Shown here one piece after another: positions 9,951 through 17,507 of a DNA stretch of 61,299 bases (its first letter is position 1; the number at the start of each line of letters is the position of its first letter). The notes under the pieces are model-generated. The model searched no databases and was not told the origin of the DNA. It saw nothing but the letters and a program-made list of their open reading frames with translations. The DNA is from a virus (lineage: Duplodnaviria > Caudoviricetes). A program made the position numbers and the translations under genes. The stretch is from positions 1 through 61,299 of IMG/VR virus record IMGVR_UViG_3300025102_000027, one strand, 5' to 3'.

Positions 9951-10004
9951 AATGATAAAACCAACAGCTAAAGCATATTATTTTAAATATTACTAGCTCT
10001 ATGC

Positions 10005-10121
10005 TCATTTTTTAATTTTTTTATTTATCCAACAACTTATTTGTGTTGTTACATACATTCCTAAAGCAAATGAAGCCCCCATTAATATGAAGACTCCTGC
10101 CCATTCTAATAAATTTACCAT
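10005..10121 (-). CDS. Small membrane protein (38 aa)
   Basis: Manual translation MVNLLEWAGVFILMGASFALGMYVTTQISCWINKKIKK. Confidence 0.5.
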   Translation of the reverse strand: MVNLLEWAGVFILMGASFALGMYVTTQISCWINKKIKK

Positions 10122-10591
10122 CTTTTATAACTATTTATATTATTTTTAATTTTTCTTGTAAAATATCTTGTCAAAGAATCTGGACAATCATATTCCCAAT
10201 AACCATCTCTATGTACTATAACACTATAATCATGCATATTATAATTAGGATGATCAAATGTTGCAACAATACGTGGTTTTCCATAGTCTAAAAAATATGA
10301 AGCACTAACATTTCTTCTTTTCTTTTGTAATACCCATTCATCTCTTCTTGGAACATATCTAAAATGCATTTCCATTACAGTATTATCACTCCATCCATAA
10401 TTATGATAATAATAATTATTATTACCACTAATTGCATCTAATAATGCTATACCAAACCAAAAATTATAATTAGGTTTTTGTACATGATGATTATGATGCT
10501 TATTTTGATGTTTATGTTTATTTTTATGTTTTGGTTTTTGAGCAAAACTAATACTTGATATTAATAAAGCTAATAATATTACTTTTTTCAT
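10115..10591 (-). CDS. Signal-peptide protein with His/Lys-rich N-terminus
   Basis: MKKVILLALLISSISFA-Q Sec signal followed by KPKHKNKHKHQNKHHNHH. Confidence 0.7.
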   Translation of the reverse strand: MKKVILLALLISSISFAQKPKHKNKHKHQNKHHNHHVQKPNYNFWFGIALLDAISGNNNYYYHNYGWSDNTVMEMHFRYVPRRDEWVLQKKRRNVSASYFLDYGKPRIVATFDHPNYNMHDYSVIVHRDGYWEYDCPDSLTRYFTRKIKNNINSYKRW

Positions 10592-10593
10592 TT

Positions 10594-11703
10594 TTAACTA
10601 TTTAAAGGATTATAAAATTTAATTTTTTCTTGATCAAATGTAGATAGTGCAGCATTAACCCACTTAACATCTTGACTATTTTTATAACACAATATATGGC
10701 AAATTGCAGTCTCACTAGGATTTAGGCGCAGCAAACGTCCTATTCTTTGTGCTGACTTACGCTCATTGCCATATGCATGCATTATAATACCTTGTTTTAA
10801 ATTAGGTATTGTTACACCTTCACTTAATTGTAATACACAAGACAGTTTATCTATTCTACCATCACTGAATAACTGTAAGTTATCTTCTGATGCACTATTT
10901 TTAGAATGAAAACTGTGTTGACACATTCTATCCGCTTGTGCTTGTGTATTAGCAAAGACAATACATTGATCACTAATATTTCTCATCAAACCTTTAGCAT
11001 ATGCTTCTTTGGTTGGATAATCCATCATAGCTTTCATTCTCATAATAGAGAGGAATTGTCTTTGTTTTGGTGTTTGAGCATCTCCCAATGCTCCTGTATA
11101 GTACTGATAATCAGCTAGTTCTGAAGTATACCATGTTCTTCCATCTTTAGTAGATTTCTTCACATTCTTTACTTTAGATAAATCTAATTCATGTACTATA
11201 ATTTGATAGTCATTAAGTATACTGTTGTCAGCTGCATCATCTACGCTAAATGTATATTTAACAGGACAATACTTATTAACCATCTTTAATTTTTGTCCAT
11301 TTTTAGGTGGTGTACCGGTTAAGCCTAGTATTCTACCATTAAATTCAGATAAAAACTTTTCATGTGATTCTAATAAACTATGACATTCATCTAAATAAAC
11401 TATATCATAATCTTTTGGATTCTTTTTATTTAATGATAAATATGTTGTATAAATTATATGATCTTCTCCTATTTTTTCTTTACCTAATAGTTCTAGTTCT
11501 TTGATCCAAGCAGTCATAACTGACCATTTAGGAACAACAACTAAAACTCTTATAAATGGATCATATAGTTTTAGCAAGTGTTGAATAGCAATTCTTGTTT
11601 TACCAACACCCATAGATATACCGAGCGTTGCTCTACTGTTATTAATTGCTATGTCTAAAGCATCTTTTTGTACTTTATCTCTTGAGATTTCTTTCACTTC
11701 CAT
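10594..11703 (-). CDS. Superfamily 2 DExH helicase
   Basis: MGVGKT, LDECH, GLTGT, QRIGRLLR. Confidence 0.9.
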   Translation of the reverse strand: MEVKEISRDKVQKDALDIAINNSRATLGISMGVGKTRIAIQHLLKLYDPFIRVLVVVPKWSVMTAWIKELELLGKEKIGEDHIIYTTYLSLNKKNPKDYDIVYLDECHSLLESHEKFLSEFNGRILGLTGTPPKNGQKLKMVNKYCPVKYTFSVDDAADNSILNDYQIIVHELDLSKVKNVKKSTKDGRTWYTSELADYQYYTGALGDAQTPKQRQFLSIMRMKAMMDYPTKEAYAKGLMRNISDQCIVFANTQAQADRMCQHSFHSKNSASEDNLQLFSDGRIDKLSCVLQLSEGVTIPNLKQGIIMHAYGNERKSAQRIGRLLRLNPSETAICHILCYKNSQDVKWVNAALSTFDQEKIKFYNPLNS

Positions 11704-11967
11704 TTAATTTAAACTTATATCATTATCTTTTAATAGTTTATATAATTGAGAGTTAGAGTTTATTTCATCTATCTCTTTCATTCTTTTAACTAATTCATCA
11801 TATTGACTATCACCAATAGAGTGCATTTCTTGTCCATCAACTTCATTTATTATATGTAATAAAGTTTCTTGATCTATAATCTGAGGATTCTTTGACAAAA
11901 ATTGTGCAAGATGTAATAAATCTTCAGGTGGTAAGTTGTTTGCTAAATATTTTAATAATTCTATCAT
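11704..11967 (-). CDS. Hypothetical protein
   Basis: 87-aa ORF in operon. Confidence 0.65.
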   Translation of the reverse strand: MIELLKYLANNLPPEDLLHLAQFLSKNPQIIDQETLLHIINEVDGQEMHSIGDSQYDELVKRMKEIDEINSNSQLYKLLKDNDISLN

Positions 11968-12227
11968 ATTCTTTTAATTGAAAATCCTAATTCTTCTGCC
12001 TCTATTGGATTTAATTCTATCCAATTGTGACAAGTTCTACATACTGATAACCAGGTACTTACATCATTATGATATATACCTCTACCTTTTTTATGATGTA
12101 CATCTGTTGATTTACTTCCACATCTAGGAAGAGCAGCTTGACACATAGGATAGTCATTAAGGAATACCCTCCTTAATTGACTATACTTTGCATCAATTTT
12201 CTGCATCTTCTTTGATTTCTGTCTCAT
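11964..12227 (-). CDS. HNH endonuclease
   Basis: CQ..C..STDVHHKKGRG..LSVCRTCHNWI. Confidence 0.8.
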   Translation of the reverse strand: MRQKSKKMQKIDAKYSQLRRVFLNDYPMCQAALPRCGSKSTDVHHKKGRGIYHNDVSTWLSVCRTCHNWIELNPIEAEELGFSIKRI

Positions 12228-12733
12228 TTTACACTTAAATAGTTTTTTGGTAATAATCCTACACCTATAAACTTTAGAATAACATCTTCATAAGTTAAAC
12301 CTAACTCTTTTAAAGTCATTTTATTCTTATAATCAGGTAAATATTCAAAAGGCATTTCATATATTTCTTTACCTAATTCTGATTTAGCAAATATACGAAA
12401 AATTGGTTTAGTTTGTTGAAATGAAACATATTGTTTAAGCTCATTTACTACATTTTGACCACGCTTCCAAACTTTAGTTATTCTTCTTTTCTTGTCCCAA
12501 TGCATATTTTGTATTTCATCAGATTTATACATCTTTAACCCATGCAATATCTTTTTAAATAAAAAATGTTGTTTAGGATTTAATTTAGTATAAGTAAAAT
12601 GTTTTTTTGGTAATTGTACAAATAATTGATATTCAGACAGCATACCTAGATAAGAATACCTAGCTATTTGTCTTTGTTCCTCTAATTTATTCAAATGAGG
12701 TCTTAAATTTTCATATTGATCTTGAGTAAGCAT
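12224..12733 (-). CDS. Hypothetical protein
   Basis: 169-aa ORF ending GLLPKNYL. Confidence 0.75.
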   Translation of the reverse strand: MLTQDQYENLRPHLNKLEEQRQIARYSYLGMLSEYQLFVQLPKKHFTYTKLNPKQHFLFKKILHGLKMYKSDEIQNMHWDKKRRITKVWKRGQNVVNELKQYVSFQQTKPIFRIFAKSELGKEIYEMPFEYLPDYKNKMTLKELGLTYEDVILKFIGVGLLPKNYLSVK

Positions 12734-12761
12734 ATTTTTTTGTTATTATTAAGAGGTTTAT

Positions 12762-12798
12762 AAAAAAGAAAAGGGCTAACCATGACGAAAGCCCTTCT
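12762..12798 (-). terminator. Intrinsic terminator
   Basis: Minus strand AAGGGCT-12nt-AGCCCTT followed by TTCTTTTTT. Confidence 0.65.
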
Positions 12799-12884
12799 CA
12801 AATGAACAATTTAATCAAAAAGATGTGAGGTAACAAAGTCCACATCTAATCAAATCAAGTGTGATCAGTCAAAGTTGATCAGTC

Positions 12885-13481
12885 TTATAATTCAAAAGAT
12901 TCATTTTCCATTACTACTTCTTCTTCCTGAGTTTCTTCAACTACTTCTTCTTTCTTTGCTTTCTTATCAGATTTTTTTTCTAATAATTCATTAAGCTCAT
13001 TTTGATTTATAGTTTTAGATTTCTTAGGAGCAGCACCACCATTAGCTTCTCTGATTTCATCACCATTAACATGTCTTATAACATTATCTGTAGACTGTCC
13101 TGATGGATCATAAAATACTTTTCTATATATAGGAAGTTCTTCACCTGTATTAGTGTCAACACCTTTACATACTATACCAGTGTCACCAGCTATTTTAAGA
13201 TCTCTATCTGGATCATTATCATTAAATGGAGTCATTTGTTCTTGTACATATAATATACCAGCAAGTTGTTGATTACCTTCATAACCTAATGATTGTAAAT
13301 CTTCTACAGTACCATGTACTAATGTACTTAATACTTTTCTGTTTACCCATCCATTTGTACCAAAAGATGTTTTTTCCTGAGTTAATCTTATATGTCCATA
13401 TTCTGGATTATTTTTAGATACTCTAATTGCATTACCTTGTTCGTCAGGACTTATCCTAACATTACTTGAATTTGTTTTCAT
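12885..13481 (-). CDS. Hypothetical protein, acidic C-tail (possible ssDNA-binding)
   Basis: 198 aa ending MENESFEL, similar tail to 4497..5207. Confidence 0.65.
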   Translation of the reverse strand: MKTNSSNVRISPDEQGNAIRVSKNNPEYGHIRLTQEKTSFGTNGWVNRKVLSTLVHGTVEDLQSLGYEGNQQLAGILYVQEQMTPFNDNDPDRDLKIAGDTGIVCKGVDTNTGEELPIYRKVFYDPSGQSTDNVIRHVNGDEIREANGGAAPKKSKTINQNELNELLEKKSDKKAKKEEVVEETQEEEVVMENESFEL

Positions 13482-13528
13482 GTTTAAAAAATTATTTATT
13501 AAAATTATTATTGATTGTGTGTGTGTGA

Positions 13529-13804
13529 TTATGTATCATCACGATGAAAGTATTTATCTTCCAACTTCTCTATATCCTTGATTTCATCAAGATTGGGTTC
13601 TCTTTCATTAAATTCCCAAACTTCTGGTTCATCAGGTTTTTCTCTTCTATTATTTGCAAGAGTAGATTTATAAAAAGGATTAGTTATATCAGATGTGAAT
13701 TCTTTACCAAGACCATTGAGTTCTCTAAAATCTTGCTCATCAAGCTCAAGATATTGTTCTAGAGACATCTCTATTATTCTTCCGTTAGGTAATTGGTAAA
13801 TCAT
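13529..13804 (-). CDS. Hypothetical protein
   Basis: MIYQLPNGRIIEMSLEQYL..; 91 aa. Confidence 0.7.
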   Translation of the reverse strand: MIYQLPNGRIIEMSLEQYLELDEQDFRELNGLGKEFTSDITNPFYKSTLANNRREKPDEPEVWEFNEREPNLDEIKDIEKLEDKYFHRDDT

Positions 13805-13884
13805 AGCACAAAAGTATACTATTTTATTTACTTTACATAGTCAAAAAACTTGACTAGTGCATAAATAGAAGAGTAGTATAGCTA

Positions 13885-14124
13885 TCATGCTACAATAAAT
13901 TTTCTACCAAACCTCTTTATATACCCTTTTTCCTTCAATTCTTTAATTTTTCTACTGATTGTACGTGGATGCACATCACACAGATCAGCTAAAGTGTTTA
14001 CTGAAGGAAAGCAGGTTCTATTCTTATTACAATAGGTGCATATAACAGCATATACACCTTTTGCTTGTATAGATAGTTCTGGATCAGTAACTACATCTTT
14101 ATTTACTATTCCAAAGGTTTCCAT
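13885..14124 (-). CDS. Helix-turn-helix protein (HTH_36-like)
   Basis: LSIQAKGVY..CFPSVNTLADLC..RTISRKIKELKEKGYI. Confidence 0.8.
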   Translation of the reverse strand: METFGIVNKDVVTDPELSIQAKGVYAVICTYCNKNRTCFPSVNTLADLCDVHPRTISRKIKELKEKGYIKRFGRKFIVA

Positions 14125-14564
14125 AATCCCATAATATTAGATCTCTTTACTCTTACTTCTTTATATTCTGTATCTCCATCATCTTTAATTCTTAAGCAAG
14201 CATGTATTATATATTCACTTGCATAAGGATTAACTCCATCTTGATAATTAGTATCATTTATGATTCTACCTTTAATATGACCATGCTCATCCATAAGTTT
14301 TGCATCCTTCATCATATCCTCTTGACATAAATCTTTAAGATCATATTTATTATCTTTAGGATCAAACCATACAAGATCTGTTTTTTTAAATAGTATGTGA
14401 TCTCTTTCATTTACTATTTCATCTAATATTGCACCTCTTTGTTCATCACTGAGATGTGATATCATCATGTTTAATATAAAGTGTGATGTATTGTGTCCTA
14501 ATATACCTGTACATTCCATGATTGTATCTTTTACTATTTTATATGTTATTTTTTCTATATTCAT
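14106..14564 (-). CDS. Hypothetical protein
   Basis: Probable start MNIEKITY at 14564; upstream extension is low-complexity NNNN. Confidence 0.65.
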   Translation of the reverse strand: MNIEKITYKIVKDTIMECTGILGHNTSHFILNMMISHLSDEQRGAILDEIVNERDHILFKKTDLVWFDPKDNKYDLKDLCQEDMMKDAKLMDEHGHIKGRIINDTNYQDGVNPYASEYIIHACLRIKDDGDTEYKEVRVKRSNIMGLWKPLE

Positions 14565-14705
14565 TTGATTATTATTATTATTTTTATTTTTATTCAGTAA
14601 AAGAATGGACAAAGGGAATTAAATCCCGTAGCTATTCTTTCATTAACTCCCTCTATCACTACTCACTCAAACAGAACAGGCATCTCAACCCGCTCAACTA
14701 TTACC

Positions 14706-14743
14706 AACAGTACTATAACATAAATTAATATTATAGTACTGTT
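14706..14743. repeat. Perfect 13-bp inverted repeat
   Basis: AACAGTACTATAA-12nt-TTATAGTACTGTT. Confidence 0.8.
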
Positions 14744-14758
14744 AGTTAGACATCAGTG

Positions 14759-15379
14759 TCACCATGCAACAACTTTATTTGCATTATATCCTTTATCATC
14801 AGCCTCAGATTTTTTTACTAACACCATTCTACTAATATCCATATCTTTAAACTGTTTTCTAAATCTAGAACCAGCTTCTTGTAAATCTCTCAACATATGA
14901 ATATTATATTTATGACCAAACATATTTAGACCATGGAATTCCACTTCTTTTTTTACACTAACTCCCCATAAACTTAGAGTAAGATCAGTATCATTATCAA
15001 CTTCAAATTCAAAAGGACCAATTATATTATGATAAACTTTAATTTCATTCATTTTTTTCTCCATCCATTTAGGTGCATCATATGTGTGTTCAAATTTTAA
15101 CACAGTTGTTTTACTATCAGTATAATAAATACTTGATACCATACCACCAAAGTATTTATTATGTATAAATAGTTTTTTACCTTCATGACATATACTAACA
15201 GATGCATCATGTCCCTTAAAAGACTTACCTCTATCAACTTTTAATATATTACCATTCATATTATCAGCATGATATATCTCACCACTTGGTCTTTCTTTCT
15301 TTGTACTTGTTATTCTTTCATTTAGATCTGTAAGTACTTCTAGAGCTAATTTTGTATTAGAGTATATAAATTTTTTCAT
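14759..15379 (-). CDS. Hypothetical early protein
   Basis: 206-aa ORF. Confidence 0.75.
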   Translation of the reverse strand: MKKFIYSNTKLALEVLTDLNERITSTKKERPSGEIYHADNMNGNILKVDRGKSFKGHDASVSICHEGKKLFIHNKYFGGMVSSIYYTDSKTTVLKFEHTYDAPKWMEKKMNEIKVYHNIIGPFEFEVDNDTDLTLSLWGVSVKKEVEFHGLNMFGHKYNIHMLRDLQEAGSRFRKQFKDMDISRMVLVKKSEADDKGYNANKVVAW

Positions 15380-15435
15380 TAATTATTATTTAAAAGTGAG
15401 TACATATTTTTCACGCAATATGTTAGCGTTATGTC

Positions 15436-15472
15436 ATTAGTAGAGACAATCCTCTCTATCATCTCTACTAAT
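15436..15472. repeat. 11-bp inverted repeat
   Basis: ATTAGTAGAGA-15nt-TCTCTACTAAT in intergenic region. Confidence 0.7.
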
Positions 15473-15495
15473 AGTGTGTTACTGAGTAAGTGTGA

Positions 15496-15699
15496 TTATT
15501 TAAATAACCACTTCCAAAATCCCAGCGTATAAAGGAGATATGTTACTATCTCAATTATAAGAAAATATGTCTCTCCAAATGGCTCAGGTGCAAATAGTAT
15601 ACTAAATGCAAGAGCAAGTGCAAGACATGTTAATACTGTTGCAAATGCAGGTGCTAAGATAAGAATAGCTATCTTAAGCGGTAAAATAAGATTCTTCAT
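15496..15699 (-). CDS. Small two-TM membrane protein
   Basis: 67 aa, two hydrophobic stretches. Confidence 0.7.
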   Translation of the reverse strand: MKNLILPLKIAILILAPAFATVLTCLALALAFSILFAPEPFGETYFLIIEIVTYLLYTLGFWKWLFK

Positions 15700-15759
15700 A
15701 ATTATATATTTAAGTGAACATTAATTAAATGATTTACTACAGTTTACTCTGTTATAATA

Positions 15760-16157
15760 AATAGTACAGTGAGTGATGAGCAAACTACTCTCACAATGAT
15801 GACTCTTGGGTTCCCCCTTAGACTTCATTAACCCTATGCAGGCGATTAACCTTTATACTCATTATGTTCTCAATATTGATTAGATACCAAGGTTATAACA
15901 TTGTATAGTTCCGTATCAGAACTTCATAAGTTTGCCAGGACTTTAAGATGGCCCTATAGCATTAACGCTTTCAAGATAAGTTATTGTTATCTTGGTTTCA
16001 TCATACTCCAATTGATATATTTAAATAAGATCATACAGTCATTCAACTATACGATCACCCATCATAGGCCAATCAGATGCACTAACCCTCTTGAGAAAGT
16101 TTATTGTGCGACACTCAGGATACGTTGGTAGCTAGCCGTTGTATCCCTTGTACTATT
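15760..16157 (-). ncRNA. Candidate ~400-nt highly structured ncRNA
   Basis: Nested closing helices and internal hairpins whose plus-strand A.C mismatches are G.U pairs on the minus strand. Confidence 0.65.
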
Positions 16158-16267
16158 AAATTAAATAGATTAAGTTACCTAATAAGACTCTGGCGGCTTC
16201 TTAATTTTATAACATCCTGCTTCATTATGCGTTATATACATAAATTGAATGTTATCTATTTATAAAG

Positions 16268-16345
16268 TGGAGATGCTCAGAATTGAACTGAGATACTACA
16301 TAGTACCACAAGTGGTCTTCTATGTAGGCAATACCTATCATCCCC
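16268..16345 (-). ncRNA. tmRNA-like tRNA-like domain lacking the mRNA-like domain
   Basis: GGGGATG/CATCTCC-A acceptor with G3.U70 and A73; stemless D-loop ATAGGTATTGC; CTACATAG/CTATGTAG helix; T-arm CTCAG-TTCAATT-CTGAG; no anticodon loop. Confidence 0.75.
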
Positions 16346-16796
16346 ATGATTTAAACAGTTTTCTCTGTTAGCTTTCCTAGTTCACTATTACCGTGTGTGG
16401 TTCCTAGGTGAATTTGTCCACTTTATATCTGCCCATACTATTAAATTATGGTACAGTTTACTGTTAGAGTTTTTAAGTGTCTCACAACACAAGTTAACTC
16501 AATAACTCTGGTCAGTTCTGTTATTATCCGTCTGATTAGATTTGCGGTTACTATGTCTCTTATCCTATAGAGAGAGAACATAAAGACTATATACTAGCAA
16601 CTACCATCACAGTAGTTTATTGCAGAGAACACCCTTCACATCTCATCTAGGCATTTTGATTGAGCAAACTCACTAGCTATAGCTATATTATTTATTATGG
16701 TTCATTCCATTATATTTTGTGGTGTTAAGTGGTATATTGTGGGAAATAGACTACACTTTTATTGACACACGTGCACAATTAATTAAATAATTGCAA

Positions 16797-17059
16797 CACT
16801 AAACAGAGATTTACCTACATTAGTACATAATGTAACCATTATCACAGGACTTAGGACTAAGTTGAGATAAAACTCTGTTTGAGTGAGTGTCTCCATGCAC
16901 TTTGTTGGGCAAAGTACGTACATTGTTGACGGACAACAATCAAAGCTTACTTGTGGGCTATCAACTCCACAATTGGGCTTTTGGATTACCTTGAGTAACA
17001 CACGAGTAATCTGCTATGGTAGGCCGTGCGGGAGAGGCATTAGCTATTGCTAATCCTCT
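16797..17059 (-). ncRNA. Candidate hairpin-dense structured RNA / 3' UTR of first early gene
   Basis: At least seven consecutive perfect 5-8 bp stems; strand inferred from context only. Confidence 0.5.
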
Positions 17060-17367
17060 GACTCCTGCTTGTCATAGGGCTCTGCCCAAAACAAGCCTGT
17101 CTCTTCACCAGATTCCTGGTCAAGGACTGGAGAATCAGACAATCTGATTCCCTCTAAGACTTGATTTGGTTTAAACCCGTATGAACGAGGATCAACTGTT
17201 TCACCAGTTTCCTCATCCATAATGACAAGAAGACCAAACTTAGCGTTCCCTTGGGTACGCACAGTTGCAGTCTTACCATTGAAAGTCCTTGTGACTTTAT
17301 CAATGGCAGCAGTCTTGACGATAATAGTATTACTATCATCGGCAACCTTGTGGAATAAAACATCCAT
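17050..17367 (-). CDS. First gene of early arm, hypothetical
   Basis: 105 aa, visibly GC-richer than the rest; A-rich leader AAAAAACCAA-ATG. Confidence 0.75.
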   Translation of the reverse strand: MDVLFHKVADDSNTIIVKTAAIDKVTRTFNGKTATVRTQGNAKFGLLVIMDEETGETVDPRSYGFKPNQVLEGIRLSDSPVLDQESGEETGLFWAEPYDKQESED

Positions 17368-17398
17368 TTGGTTTTTTAAGACTTCCCTTGTTTAATTA

Positions 17399-17449
17399 GG
17401 GGGTGGTAACCCACCAATTTTAAGCCGGGGAGCAGAACAATGGGACCCC
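17399..17449. promoter_or_regulatory. GC-rich element at divergence point of early and late arms
   Basis: GGTGG-TAAC-CCACC hairpin and GGGG..CCCC in an otherwise AT-rich genome. Confidence 0.45.
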
Positions 17450-17492
17450 ACGCCAATGCTAAATACACAACAAAACTTTTTTGGGAAAAAAA

Positions 17493-17507
17493 TTTTAAGT
17501 ATATTAT
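17493..17507 (+). promoter_or_regulatory. Late-promoter-like motif (variant)
   Basis: TTTTAAGTATATTAT, resembling repeated TTTTGTATATTAT. Confidence 0.45.

Noticed and set aside
13512-13528. (GT)n tract partly complementary to 16763-16782
   Set aside because: Low complexity; pairing works only on the non-transcribed strand
15901-16131. Plus-strand 76-aa ORF (and minus-strand 16783..17001 ORF)
   Set aside because: Non-ATG starts, atypical composition, overlapping strongly structured sequence; likely spurious
16170-16266. Theta/HDV-like ribozyme or separate tag ORF downstream of the tRNA-like RNA
   Set aside because: Trailer is AT-rich with no nested pseudoknot visible; short frames do not end in an ssrA-like tag
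16268-16345. Canonical tRNA-Ala
   Set aside because: No D-stem and no 7-nt anticodon loop; the distal loop is CTTG
16711-16746. GTGG repeats as DnaA boxes or iterons
   Set aside because: At least two mismatches to TGTGGATAA and irregular spacing
15700-17050. CRISPR mini-array or DGR template repeat
   Set aside because: No regularly spaced identical repeats; no reverse transcriptase or adenine-specific repeat pair seen
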